From NCBI RefSeq assembly GCF_963921235.1, contig NC_086097.1, positions 67,892,001 through 67,956,000 on the forward strand: a DNA stretch of 64,000 nucleotides, in the 5' to 3' direction. Shown here piece by piece: positions 49,538-62,427 of this stretch. The notes under the pieces were generated by a model. The model was not told the DNA's origin, ran no database searches, and was given only the letters and a program-made list of their open reading frames with translations. The stretch comes from Mobula hypostoma (lineage: Eukaryota). Numbering within the stretch: the stretch's first letter is position 1; each line of letters opens with the position of its first letter. The position numbers and the translations under genes were made by a program.

Positions 49538-50253
49538 TTGAGGTACAATACTTGCAATACTCAAGCTGTTGGGGTTGTCTGCTGTATCCAGTGCCCCCGA
49601 TGCAGCCTCTTCTGTATCGGTGAGACCCAATGTAGATTGGGGGGGGGGGGCACTTTCAAGCACCTCTGCTCCATCCACAAAAAGCAGAATTTCTTAGTGG
49701 CCAAGCATTTCAATTCCTATCTTCATTCCTGTTCCAACATGTTCCATGGCCTCCTGTTCTGTCATGATAAGGCCACTCTCAGATTCAAGAAGCAACACCT
49801 CACATTCCATATAGGTAGCCTCCAACTTGAAGGCATGAACTTAGATTTCTCAACTTCCAGTAATTTATTTTTCCCCCTACACCTTTCCCTCTTTCTTTCC
49901 ACATTCTGGCCTCTTACCTCTCCTCCTTACCTACCTATCACCTCCCCCTGATGCCCCTCCTCCTTCCCTTTCTCTCATCACTCTCTTTCCTCTCCTATCA
50001 GATTTCTTCTTCTCCAGCCCTTTGCTTTTCCCATTTATCATCTCCCAGCTTCTTAATTCATTCCTGTCTCCCACCTGCCTGACTTCACCCATCACCTTCC
50101 AGCCTGTCCTCCTTCCCCTCCCCCGCCTTCCCTCTTCTTTTGCAATGCCGATGAAGGGTCTCTGCCTGAAACATCAACAGTTTATTCATTTCCATCGAAG
50201 CTGCCCGTCCTGCTGAGTTCCTCCAGAATTTTGTGCGCGCTCATCTGGATTGC
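49538..50253 (+). mobile_element. Older Penelope-like 3' fragment (GIY-YIG + 3' UTR with decayed hammerhead)
   Basis: GVVCCIQCPRCSLFCIGETQCRLG..VAKHFNS..QHLTFHIGSLQLEGMNLDFS, and ccgatgaagggtctctgcctgaaacatcaac at ~50148-50178. Confidence 0.85.
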
Positions 50254-51503
50254 CAGGACTAACTGAAAGAAGAACTAGTAAGAGATTCGAAAGTGGGAGT
50301 GGGAGGGGGAGGGGGAGATCCGAACTGATAGGGGAAGACAGGAGGCGGAGGGATGGAGCCAAGAGCTGGACAGGTGATTAGCAAAAGGGATATGAGGGGA
50401 TCATGGGACAGGAGGCCTAGGGAGAAAGAAAAGGGGAGGGGGGAAGCCCAGAGGATGGGCAAGGGATATAGTGAGAGGGACAGAGGGAGAGAAAGGAGAG
50501 AGAGAAAAAGAATGTGTGTATATAAATAAATAATGGATGGGGTACGAGGGGGAGGTGGGGTACAAGGGGGAGGTTGGGAATTAGTGGAAGTTTGAGAAGT
50601 CAATGTTCATGCCATCAGGTTGGAGGCTACCCAGACGGAATATAAGGTGTTGTTCCTCCAACCTGAGTGTGGCTTCATCTTTACAGTAGAGGAGGCTGTG
50701 GATAGACATATCAGAATGGGAATGGGATGTGGAATTAAAATGTGTGGCCACTGGGAGATCCTGCCTTCTCTGGCGGACAGAGCGTAGGTGTTCAGCGAAA
50801 TAATCTCCCAGTCTGTGTCGGGTCTCGCCAATATATAGAAGGCCAGATTGGGAGCACCGGACGCAGTATATCACCCCAGAACGCTCACAGGTAAAGTGTC
50901 GCCTCACCTGGAAAGACTGTCTGGGGCCCTGAATGTAAGGGCATGTGTAGCACTTGTTCCACTTACAAGGATAAGTACCAGGAGGGAGATCAGTGGGGAG
51001 GGATGAGGGGGACGAAGTGACAAGAGAGTCGCGTAGGGAGCGATCCCTGCGGAAAGCAGAGAGATGGGGGGATGGAAAGATATGCTTAGTGGTGGGATCC
51101 CGTTGGAGGTGGCGGAAGTTATGGAGAATTATATGTTGGACCCGCAGGCTGGTGGGGTGGTAGGTGTCGACAAGGGGAACCTTATTCCTAGTGGGGTTGC
51201 GGGAGGATGGAGTGAGAGCAGACGTGCGTGAAATGGGGGAGATGCGTTTGAGAGCAGAGTTGATGGTGGAGGAAGGAAAGCCCCTTTCTTTATAAAAGGA
51301 GAACATTTCCTTCGTCCTGGAATGAAAAGCCTCATCCTGAGAGCAGATACGGCGGAGATGGAGAAATTGCGAGAAGGGGATGGCATTTTTGCAAGAGACA
51401 GGGTGAGAAGAGGAATAGTCCAGATAGCTGTGAGAGTCAGTAGGCTTACAGTAGACATCAGTAGATAAGCTGTCTCCAGAGATAGAGACAGAAAGATCTA
51501 GAA
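50254..51503 (-). mobile_element. Penelope-like element, inverted arm
   Basis: ORF 50581-51306 encodes the RT thumb and GIY-YIG. The arm is the reverse complement of 51802-53041. Confidence 0.93.
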
Positions 51504-53171
51504 TTAGTCCTTACTCTTAATAATTTCTCCTTTGGCTCCACCCACTTCCTCCAAATTAAAGGTGTAGCCATGGGCACCCGTATGGGTCCCAGATATGCCT
51601 GCCTTTTTGTTGGCTTTGTGGAACAATCTATGTTCCAAACCTATTCTGGTATCTGTCCCCCACTTTTCCTTCGCTACATCAACAACTGCTTTGGCTCTGC
51701 TTCCTGCACACATGCTGAGCTTGTTGACTTCATTAACTTTGCCTCCAACTTTCACCCTGCCCTCAAGTTTACCTGGTCCATTTCCGACACCTCCCTCCCC
51801 TTTCTAGATCTTTCTGTCTCTGTCTCTGGAGACAGCTTATCTACTGATGTCTACTAAAAGCCTACTGACTCTCACAGCTATCTGGACTATTCCTCTTCTC
51901 ACCCTATCTCTTGCAAAAATGCCATCCCCTTCTCGCAATTCCTCCGTCTCCGCTGCATCTGCTCTCAGGATGAGGCTTTTCATTCTAGGACGAGGGAGAT
52001 GTCCTCCTTTTTTAAAGAAAGGGGCTTCCCTTCCTCCACCATCAACTCTGCTCTCAAACGCATCTCCCCCATTTCACGCACATCTGCTCTCACTCCATCC
52101 TCCCCACTAGGAATAGGGTTCCCCTTGTCCTCACCTACCACCCCACCAGCCTGCAGGTCCAACATATAATTCTCTGCAACTTCCGCCACCTCCAATAGGA
52201 TCCCACCACTAAGCACATCTTTCCCTCCCCCCACTGCTTTCTGCAGGGATTGCTCCCTACGCGACTCCCTTGTCCATTCGTCCCCCCCCCCATCCCTCCG
52301 CACCGATCTCCCTCCTGGCACTTAACCTTGTAAGCGGAACAAGTGCTACACATGCCCTTACACTTCCTCCCTCACTACCATTCAGGGCCCTAGACAGTCC
52401 TTCCAGGTGAGGCGGCACTTCACCTGTGAGTCAGCTGGGGTGATATACCGCATCCGGTGCTCCCAAAGCGGCCTTCTATATATTGGCAAGACCCAATGCT
52501 GACTGGAAGATCATTTCGCTGAACACCTATGCTCTGTTCACCAGAGAAAGCAGGATCTTCCAGTGGCCACACATTTTAATTCCACGTCCCATTCCCATTC
52601 TGATATGTCTATCCACGGCCTCCTCTACTGTAAAGACGAAGCCACACTCAGGTTGAAGGAACAACACCTTATATTCCATCTGGGTAGCCTCCAACCTGAT
52701 GGCGTGAACATTGACTTCTCAAACTTCCACTAATGCCCCACCTCCCCCTCATACCCCATCCATTATTTATTTATTTATATGCACACATTCTTTTTCCCTC
52801 TCTCCTTTTTCTCCCTCTGTCCCTCTCACTATATCCCTTACCCATCCTCTGGGCTTCCCCCCTCCCCCTTTTCTTTCTCCCTGGGCCTCCTGTCCCATGA
52901 TTCCCTCATATCCCTTTTGCCAATCACCTGTCCAGCTCTTGGCTCCATCTCTCCCCCTCCTGTCTTCCCCTATCAGTTCGGATCTCCCCCTCCCCCTCCC
53001 ACTTTCAAATCTCTTACTCGCTCTTCTTTCAGTTAGTCCTGACGAAGAGTCTCGGCCCAAAACGTCAACTGTACCTCTTCCTAGAGATGCTGCCTGGCCT
53101 GCTGCGTTCACCAGCAACTTTTGTGTGTGTTGCTTGAAATTCCAGCATCTGCAGATTTCCTCATGTTTGCG
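51500..53171 (+). mobile_element. Penelope-like element, forward arm (5'-truncated, disrupted)
   Basis: GVAMGTRMGP, LRYINN (catalytic DD lost), GIY-YIG remnant, 3' UTR with a decayed hammerhead at 53035-53070. Confidence 0.93.
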
Positions 53172-53275
53172 CTTAGTACTCAAAAATTTGTGATACAGAA
53201 GAAAATTCACAGAAGTTATGTGAGAATGTTAATCTGTCACAGTTTTTTTACAACTTTTATTTCTTGATGCATGTA

Positions 53276-53606
53276 CAAGGGGTGATTGATAAGTTCGTAG
53301 CCTAAGGTAGAAGGAGTCAATTTTAGAAAACCTAACACATTATTTTTCAATATGGTCCCCTCCTACATTTACACACTTAGTCCAGTGGTCGTGGAGCATA
53401 CAGATCTTGGACCTCCAGAAAGTGCCCACAGCAGGGTGATTGATAAGTTCGTGGCCTAAGGTAGAAGGAGATGGGTTATGCAGCTCTCGTTACATGCATA
53501 TGCACTTCAACTCTGAGTGATTATGCAGAAAGAATTATGCAGAAAGTTTGAAGTTAATAACTCATCTCCTTCTACCGTAGGCCACGAACTTATCAATCAC
53601 CCCTCG
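53276..53606. mobile_element. Tc1/mariner-type MITE with a third internal TIR copy
   Basis: TA|C(A/G)AGGGGTGATTGATAAGTTCGT(A/G)GCCTAAGGTAGAAGGAG ... its reverse complement ending CCCCTCG|TA. Extra direct copy of the left TIR at 53434-53470. Confidence 0.9.
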
Positions 53607-53724
53607 TATGTCACAGCTCATTTGTATTACCAAAAATTGTAATAGGGCCTGTTTTCTAGGAATGGATCCACTTCCCTGTTATACTACAGAAGTCACCTGT
53701 GTTGTAACTATCACATAACATGTA

Positions 53725-53856
53725 AGACCTTAACATATAGGAGCAGAAGTAGGCCATTTGGCCCATCAAGTCTGCTCCGCCATTCAATCATGGGCTGATC
53801 CAATTCTTCGAGTCATCCCCACTCCCCTGCCTTCTCCCCATACCCTTTGATGCCCT
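53725..53856 (-). mobile_element. CR1 3' tail fragment
   Basis: ataggagcagaagtaggccatttggcccatc..ccataccctttgatgccc is the reverse complement of a CR1 tail such as 56540-56670. Confidence 0.8.
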
Positions 53857-54844
53857 GTTAATTGAATTGCTTAAATGAGACTATTGACAAATAAACACTG
53901 GCAAATAAAGGTAACAGAGTCACAGATATTTGTTTTTTAAGCTGCACAGCACACAAGCCAGGAACTATAAAACAGAGATTTGTTACTACTTCTATTTGTT
54001 ACGATTCTGGCTAGTAAGAATTTTGATACAGTAACAATATAGGGACGATCCTATAGATCCTGAAGATCACATGTGTCATTGAAAAGAATTTTGGGTGATG
54101 GCATTAACTGCCCTTCTAGTGGTAGAAATTAGAAGGGAAGAGAAACAGACAGATTGCCTTTGGTCAACTGTTGGAGTATCCTGTAGTAGATTGTATATAC
54201 TACAGCTAAAGAGCCTTTTAATAGAGAGGAAGTTATAACACCTGTAGCACTGGGCCTGATCAAGGAAACCACTCAATCCTGAATGATGTTAAAGCTTCTC
54301 TAGTGCTATTGAATTACTTGAATAAATATTTTGAAAAATGGATATGGACAGTTCTGTGTAATTATTGAAATTTGCTATAGTTATGTATGAACATATCTTG
54401 TGAAGAACAACTTGGCTATAGAATACACCTTCCTAAGGTCCTAAATAGTGAAACTGATATTTATAGAGACACAGCTGGTGCAAGAAGCTTCTAGAGGTTA
54501 AGATAAAAGCATTTCAGTATTCATTTAATACCACTGTACAGTTTAGAATGTAATGAGTAACTAGTATTTTGTCCATTTCTCTCCCAGTATTGTTTGGGTC
54601 ACAAACCATCTGCTGCCGCTCACAAATATATAAAGATAGACAAAAACAGTTCAAGAATTAATATAGTTAAATATCAATGTATACTTATTGCAAGTCATTT
54701 AATTCCAAGCGTTACACTCCTCAGGATGCAGTTCAGTACTGGAACATGAGAGTCCAGGAATTTCATATGTGGCATTCCACAACACAATGTTTAAGTGTTG
54801 TCAATGGATTATCATTTTGTAATTCTTCATTAAATCAAACATTC

Positions 54845-56675
54845 TATAGTTGCCTTGCTGGTGCCAAGATCAGGGATGTCTTGGATTGGGTCTGTGGCAT
54901 TCTCAAGGGTGATGGTGAGCAGCCAGAAGTCTTGGCACATATTGGCATCAGTGACATAGGTAGACAATGGGAAGAGGTCCTGAGAGAGATTTTAGGGAGC
55001 TAGGTAGAAAGCTGAGAAACAAAACCTCCAGGGTAGTAATCTCTGGATTGCAGCCTGCGTCATGTACCAGTGAGTGTAAAAATAGGATAATTTGGCAGGC
55101 TGCAATGTGGTCAGATGTTTCAGTATTGTATTAGAGTAAAGGGAATTACAGAAGCATGAGAGAGGAGTTGGTCAGAATAGATTGGAAAAGGACACTGGCA
55201 GGGATGACAGCGGAGCAGCACATGGCTGGAATTTCTAGAAGTAATACGGAAGGCACAGGATATATACATTCCAAAGAGCAAGAAATATTCTAAAGGCAAG
55301 ATGATACAACAGTAGTTAACAAGAGAAGTTAAAGCCAGCATAAAAGCCAAAGAGAGAGCATGTAAAAGGTAAAACATTCTGTAGACAGCATGGTTTCCTC
55401 AAGGGAAAATATTGCCTGACAAATCTGTTGGAATTCCTCAAATAAATAACAAGCAGGATAGATAAAGGAGAATCAGTTGATGTTGTGTACTTGGACTTTC
55501 CGAAGGCCTTTTATAAGGTGCCACACATGAGGTTGCTTAACAAGCTACAAGCCCATTTATTACAAGAAAGATTCTAGCATGGATAAAGCAGTGACTGATT
55601 GGACGGAGGCAAAGAAAGGAAATAAAGAGATCCTTTTCTGGTTGGCTGCTGCTGATTAATTGTGTTCCACAGGGGTCTGTGTTGGGACTGCTACTTTTAT
55701 GTTATATGTCAATGATTTGGAAGATGGAATTGATCGCTTTGTTGCATAGTTTTCAGATGACATGAATATAGGTAGAGGGGAAGGTAGTTTTGAGGAAGTG
55801 GAGAGGCTACAGAAGGACTTAGACAGATGAGGAGAATGGGCAAAGAAGCGGCAAATGAAACGCAGTGTTGGGAAGTGTATGGCATGCAGTTTGGTAGAAG
55901 AAATGAAAGAGTTGGCTATTTTCTAAGCGGAGAGAAAATACAAAAATCTGAGGCGCTAAGGGACTTGGGAGTTTTTGTGCAGGATTCCCTAATGGTTAAC
56001 TTGCAGGTCAAGTCTGTGGTGAGGAAGGCAAATGCAATGTTAGCATTTATTTCAAGAGGACTAGAATATAAAAGCAAGGATGGAATGTTGAAACTTTATT
56101 AAGCACTGGTGAGGCCTCACTTTGAGTATTGTGAGCAGTTTTGGGCCCCATATCTTGGAAAGGATGTACTGGACTGGTTCAAAGCAGGTTCACGAAAATG
56201 ATTCCAGAATTGAACGACTTAACTTATGAAGAGTGTTTGATAGCTCTGGGCCTGTATTCACCAGAATTCAGAGGAATGAGAGGTGACCTAATTGAACCTA
56301 TTGAATGGTGAAAGGCCTTGATAGAGTGGATGTTTAGAGGATGTTTCCTATGGTGGGAGAGTCTAAAGACCAGAGGACACAGCCTCAGAATAGAGAGGCA
56401 TCCTTTTAGAATGGGGATGAGGAGGAATTTCTTTAGCCAGAGAGTGGTGAATCTGCGGAATTTGTTGCCACAAGCAGCTGTGGAGGCCAAGTATTTACGT
56501 TTATTTAAGGCAGATGTTGATAGATTCTGGATTGGTCAGGGCATGAAGGGATCACAGGAAGATGGCAGGAGAATGGGGGCTGAGAGAAAAACTGGATCAG
56601 CCATGGTGAAATGGCGGAGTAGTTTCAGTGGGACAAATGGCCTAATTCTGCTCCTGCATCTTATGGTCTTATGGT
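54845..56675 (+). mobile_element. CR1 LINE with large internal deletions
   Basis: ORF1 CLAGAKIRDV..PEVLAHIGISDIG, then ORF2 YLDFPKAFYKVPH, VPQGSVLG, FSDDMN, RNFFSQRVVNLRN, and tail (tcttatgg)n. Confidence 0.88.
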
Positions 56676-56825
56676 CTCTTGCTCTTTTATTTATTAGGAA
56701 AATTAGTATAAACTGACATTATAACAAGTGTTGCTATCTTCAGGGGAATTTGACTAATTACTGGAATAATATTGTCACTCTATGTGATGACTTGTTCTCT
56801 GTAGGCTGCTTCATTATTATTTGGA

Positions 56826-58510
56826 TTAGGTCAATCAGTGTAGTGTCATCAGCAAATATAATTAGCAGATTGGAGCTTTGGGTGGCGACACAGTCATGGG
56901 TATACAGAGAGTAAAGGAGGGGGCTTAGGACACAGCCCTAAGGGGCACCTGTGTTGAGGGTCAGAGAGGCAGAGGTGAGGGAGCCCACTCTTACCACCAG
57001 CCGGTGATCTGAAAGGAAGTCCAGGATCCAGCTACACAAGGCAGGGTGAAGGCCGAGGTCTCTGAGCTTCTTGTCGAGCCTGGAGGGAATTATGGTGTTG
57101 AATGCTGAACTGTAGTCCAAGAACAGCGTTCTCACATAAGCATCCTTCTTCTCCAGATGTGTAAGGACGATGTATAGAGCTGTGGCAATTGCATCATCTG
57201 TCAATCGGTTGTGTTGGTAGGCAAATTGTAGGGGATCCAGTGTGGGTGGTAGCAAGCTGTGGATGTAATCCTTGACCAGCCTCTCAAAGCATTTGCTTAT
57301 TATTGAGGTGACTGCAACACGTTGCCAGTCGTTCAGACATGTTACCTTGGTCTCTTTAGGTACAGGGACAATGGTGGATAATTTGAAGCAGGAGGGCACT
57401 CTACACTGGGAAAGGGAGAGATTAAAAGTATCTGTAAACACACCTGCCAGTTGTGCCGCGCACATCCTGAGTACCCGCCGTAGGATGCTGAATGGTCCCG
57501 AAGCCTTGCGACTGTCCACTCGTTGGAAACACCTGCCTACTTCAGCTTCAGAGATGACCAAGCTGCAGGTCTCCTCAGGGGCTCAGTGTTGGCAACATCA
57601 AATCATGCGCAAAAAAGATTTACTTAATCTGGGAGAGAGGCATCGATGTTGGAAACTGCACTGCGTTTAGCTTTGAAGTCTGCCACGGTGTGCAGACTTG
57701 CCATAAGCTGCATGTGCTGTTGGTGGAGAGTTGAATGTGGATCTTGTCCCTGTACTGTCATTTTGCTGCTTTAATGACTTTGTGTAGATTGTAGCTGCAC
57801 TTTTTGAGTTCTTGTTGGTCACCGGCAACGTAAGCTCTGTGTCGCGCAGTAAGTGCTGCTCACACGGAACTGTTGATCCAGGGTTTCTGGTTTGGATAGA
57901 CCCTGACCAATTTCTGGGGAACAACATCCTTGATACACTTCTGGATGAAACTTGTGACCTCATCTGTGAACTCTGAGACAACCTCATCATGGAAGACGTT
58001 TCAGTTGACATCATCAAAGCACTCCTGCAGCATGGGGGCCAATTGGTCGGACCAGCAGTGGACTGTTTTAACTATGGCCGCCTCTTGATTCAGGTTCTGC
58101 CTGTATCTCGGCAACAGCAAGATGGAGGAGTGATCCGTTTTCCAAATGGTAGGCGAAGGAGTGCTTTGTAAATGTTGCGGAAGGGAGACTAGCCGCGGTC
58201 AAGTATGCTATCTCCCCGTGCTCTCACCTGGATGTGTTGGCAAAACTTTGGAGAGATTCTAGACAGCGATGCTCTATTGAAGTCACTGTCAACAATGAAG
58301 GCAGCCTCTGGATGTACAGTTCCCAGTGTGCTGATGGCCTCATACAGTTCCTTGAGAGCCAGGTCACTATCAGCCTGCGGCGGAATATACACAGCTGTGA
58401 TAATAACAGTCGTGAACTCTCTCGGCGACCAGAAAGGTCCACAACAGCAGCACCAGATACTCCAGATCTGGGGAACAAAAGGATTTGAGGGCATGCACGT
58501 TCTGGAGGTC
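56826..58510 (-). mobile_element. Rex1/Babar-like LINE internal fragment (endonuclease to RT), reverse strand
   Basis: AVYIPPQAD, DFNRA, YPNQKPWIN-like, PLQFAY, LFLDYSSAFNTI, LCSWILDFL, GAP*GCVLSP, FADDTT. Confidence 0.9.
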
Positions 58511-59121
58511 TAAAGATTTCTAAATTAATTTATTAATCAATTAATAATTCAATCCATTTCGGAAACACTAACATTGAGAATTACAGTGAGTTCTTGTGTA
58601 AACAAACCGAGAGTTGCAAAAGAGCTCAGACACTCTAGCTAATGTTTTTCCACATCCTTCTTGCTAACTGAGTGACCACCATCTGTTCTCCAAAAACTGT
58701 TTATGCAGTCAGTTAGCACAAGGTAAACTTCAAGGAACACAGCAACGATAGACAGAATATGTATCGTGTTTACCCTAAATTGGTAAAACAGTAAAACATA
58801 AAACACAAAACAAATAGCCATGTTTTTGCATTGCTAAGCTTGGACTTTTTATTGCATTTTTAAAATTTTATCTGGAGAAGATGATAATTCAAATGAGATG
58901 AGACAGCCCAATTTACAATACTGTTGTCTGAAATGGTTAAAGGACAAGTCAGTTTATGTAGCACTCTTACATGTTTCAATTACATTTTTTTATGAGCTAG
59001 CACCTTGAGGTTAATTATCTCACCAACTTCAGTAAATGACGTGCCATATTCCCATCTGTCTCCTCCATTAGCTACTTACTATCCCCTAATTTCTAATGAG
59101 TGGGATCAAGATAATTATGAG

Positions 59122-59348
59122 TGTTATGTTTTGTAACTCCAGAAATTAATTGAAAGAAAATACAGAAGCCCAGACTACTTGTGTACTTAGTTTCTTTTAT
59201 TTAGTGAGGCATTGACATATGATGTGGTGGCGTAATGACATAATGCCATTCACATACTTCATAGCTACAACCCCCTAACGAATTATGTAAATACAAGAAT
59301 ACTTAAACAATATAATTATGATGTTACTGAAATATTAAAAACACTGCA
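59122..59348. mobile_element. Probable solo LTR related to 43835-44072
   Basis: TGTTATGTTTTGTAA start and CA end. Shares blocks with 43835-44072 (taattgaaagaaaa, gaggca, atgacata, agaat.cttaaacaata, atattaaa.aca). TSD imperfect (ATGAG/ATGGT). Confidence 0.6.
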
Positions 59349-59629
59349 ATGGTTAAGATAGTAAGCTACATTTCTTCAGTTGGTTACTTCAAAGATCTTA
59401 ATCTTCAAATTTCACTTCCTGGTTTTCGGTTTGACTGATATTTTAATGGTCCCATCTAATTAATAAAAAAACCTATTGCCCCAAGTGACAAACAACCTGT
59501 TGGGTTGAGAAGCAGAAGACTGTTCCAGCATCTACAGTCTCATGTCACCTAGTGCCCTATGCTCTTCAGAAGTTATATCCTGACTCCTTGTATCCCTACT
59601 AACAGTTTATTTATTTATTTTTATTTTAA

Positions 59630-59790
59630 GATACAGCACGATTACAGGCCCTTTCACCCTAAAGAGCCTGCACCACCCAATTACACCCATGTGACTAGTT
59701 AACCTACTACCTTGTACGTCTTTGGAATGCGGGAGGAAACTGGAGCACCTGGAGGAAACCCATGCACTCACTGGGAGAACGTACAGACAA
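59630..59790 (-). mobile_element. V-SINE-like fragment
   Basis: The - strand reads tgtacgttctcccagtgagtgcatgggtttcctccaggtgctccagtttcctcccgcattccaaagac, a V-domain-like sequence. Confidence 0.7.
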
Positions 59791-60410
59791 GGGTGGCTAA
59801 TTTTGTTCCATTGTTCGAGGGTAAACGGTTCGGGTCAGGGAACTACAGACCAATGTGCCCGACTTCAGTTGTATGGAAGTTATTGAATGGTTTTCAGGGG
59901 GACAAATCTACCATTACACAAGGCCTGATCAGGAGTAGTCAGCATGGTTTTGTGCATGGGAGGTCATGTTTCATGAATATCTCAGAGTTTTTTTGAAGAT
60001 GTATCTAAGGGGATAGATAAAAGAAATGCATTGTATGTTGTCCCTATGTATTTTAGTAAGTCCTTTGACAAGGCCCTGCATGGCGGGCTGATCTGGAAGA
60101 TGGGGTCACATGGGATTCAGGGAAGTTAGCGAGATGGATTCAGAACTGGCTCGATGATAGGAAGCAGGGGATGATGGTTACTATGGATAAGGTGGTTAGT
60201 TACAGTCTTTTCACCAGCGTTTGGGGTTCAGAATGAGAGAGCACAGATACAGGATTAGAGGGGAGAGATTTAGGGACTGATGAAGGGTCTTGGTCGGATG
60301 TGTTGATTGTTTATTTCTTTCCATTGATGCCGCCTGACCTGCCGGGTTCCTCCAGCATTTTGTATGTGTCACTCTGGATTTCCAGCACCGGCAGAGCACT
60401 TTGTGTTTGT
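59790..60410 (+). mobile_element. CR1 RT fragment followed by a Penelope tail (60274-60410)
   Basis: VANFVPLF..GNYRPM..SQHGFVHGRSC, then ctgatgaagggtcttgg..gatgccgcctgacctgccgggttcctccagcattttg. Confidence 0.75.
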
Positions 60411-62427
60411 ACTTTATTATGATAAATGCAATGAAATTCCTCATTCACATGAAACTCACAGATGCTCTCTGAGTGCGAAACCAAATACTTCACATGAAAC
60501 AGCAAATCCTTTCTGATTGCTAAACCAAACACTGCTTCAGAGGTGGAATGTAAATAATAGCAGGGCCAAGTTTAAAAAAATTCAGAACCTTGCTCCTTGC
60601 CAAGATTAGCAATGATTAAATATAATAGGAGATTTACTACTACAATGAAAGATTATGCAAATAACAGAATTATTTCACATTTATTTCTAAAATATAGTAT
60701 AGCTGCAATGTAATCCTTTTGGGTAGACCAGAGAATGTAGTAGATGCTGAAATGATTAGATGAAAGATGAAAGTAATTATGTTACAAAGCTACTTTTAGG
60801 TGGCTATAATGAAATCACACACGATTCCAAACCCACATTTTTAAATTTTAAGAGGCAAATTTCCATTTCTAAGGTTGCAGTGGTGGTGTCTAGTTAGTGG
60901 AAGGTGGGCAGTACCAGTTTCTCAGCTGGTGTGAGATCCAGCTGAGCTCAAGGAGAACCTGAAGGACATTATTTTGGTGAAAGCCCAAGAATACTCTGAA
61001 GCACACTTTCTTCATTTGCCACTGGACAGAACTCCACACCAATCGGGAATCAAAAATACCAAACCAGAAACACGCTTTGCTTTGAACTTTGCATGACTTA
61101 TATACACCACTGCTGCTCATGGAGTTGGCCACAAAACAGAAGAGGGAGGCATGAAAAGATTGAGGTGAGTTTGCTACTTTACAGACAGAGATTTAGATAA
61201 CCTGGTGCAGCAAAAGAAATATCTGTTATGCTTGGGAGCCAAGAGACCATCCAAAACTGCAGAATGAAACAGCCAGCAATAGGCAACAATGTAGGAAAAA
61301 TCATGTCATATGTATTACACGTGAGACTAAGACCTCTACATGCTATTGAAGCTAACAAGATTATTTCCTGGCACTAAATCTCACTCTGGTGCTTTCATAT
61401 ACAGATAGACAACACTCCACTACCTTCTTACCTCAAGGGTTATTGTCAGCTGCTCAGAGAATCTTCTTCCCTCCCTTCATCTTGAGGTATCACCACCTAT
61501 CCAACCAACTCCCATACTGTACTCAGACACATACATGCTTCAGGTAAGCCAACTGCATTATGGGGGGCACATCAGTGCATGTCATTCTTGACCAAAGACC
61601 TCTTTCATACTCAGAAACTGGCCTGATCGGGTGGAAGAGGTTAATGCCTGACAGGCACTTGGCCAATGTCCTTGGCCAAAGAGCCACCAAAGGGATGCAA
61701 GATATCATGTGTATCTTCCATATTCTTCCTTTCTTTATTGAAGTGACTTCCTTCCTCAAAAGTCTCACTTTTCATTCAGTGAATTTGTACTTCTGTGGGT
61801 TTTAGCATGTGGTTCAGCAGCTTGTGCTGATTTGGTCCTCAGGAGGGAAATGAAAAATGGTATGGAACCTTTGACCTGTCACCATGGTTCCCCCTCCAGT
61901 GGAAACACTGGCTGTTATAGTACTTGCAGGAAATTACACCAGCTAACAGGAATTCATTAGTACTTTCAATTAATTATGGACCTGTATTCCCAGATCCCTT
62001 TGTTCTGCCACACACCGCAGTGACCTACCATTCACTGTGAAAGACCTACTCTGATTGGTCTTAATGAAAGGCAACACCTTGCGCTTGTCTGTCTTAATTT
62101 TCCTCTGCCATTTATCAGCCTATTTCTCCAGCTGATACAGATCCATTTGCAAGCCATGACAGCCTTCCTTGCTGTCCACTGCACCCCCAATGTGTATGTA
62201 TTAACACACCAACAATCAAATGAGAACCAGGACTCACCCCCTCAAGCCAGCTCCACCATTTAACAAGACCATGCTGAACTGACTGTAACCTTAACCACAC
62301 ATTTCCACCAAATATCTTTCAGCATTTGTTGTCAAGAAATTAAATACCTCTACCGAGTCAAAGGCTTTGTTTCTTCAATCCTCTAAAAGCAAAATAAAAA
62401 CCTCAGCTATTTTAAATGTATGACATA

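Noticed and set aside
47826..53178. CTTAGTA follows the 3' end of two Penelope copies (47828 and 53172), hinting at target preference
   Set aside because: Only two cases, and the other PLE TSDs in the window (17372, 23194) lack the motif.
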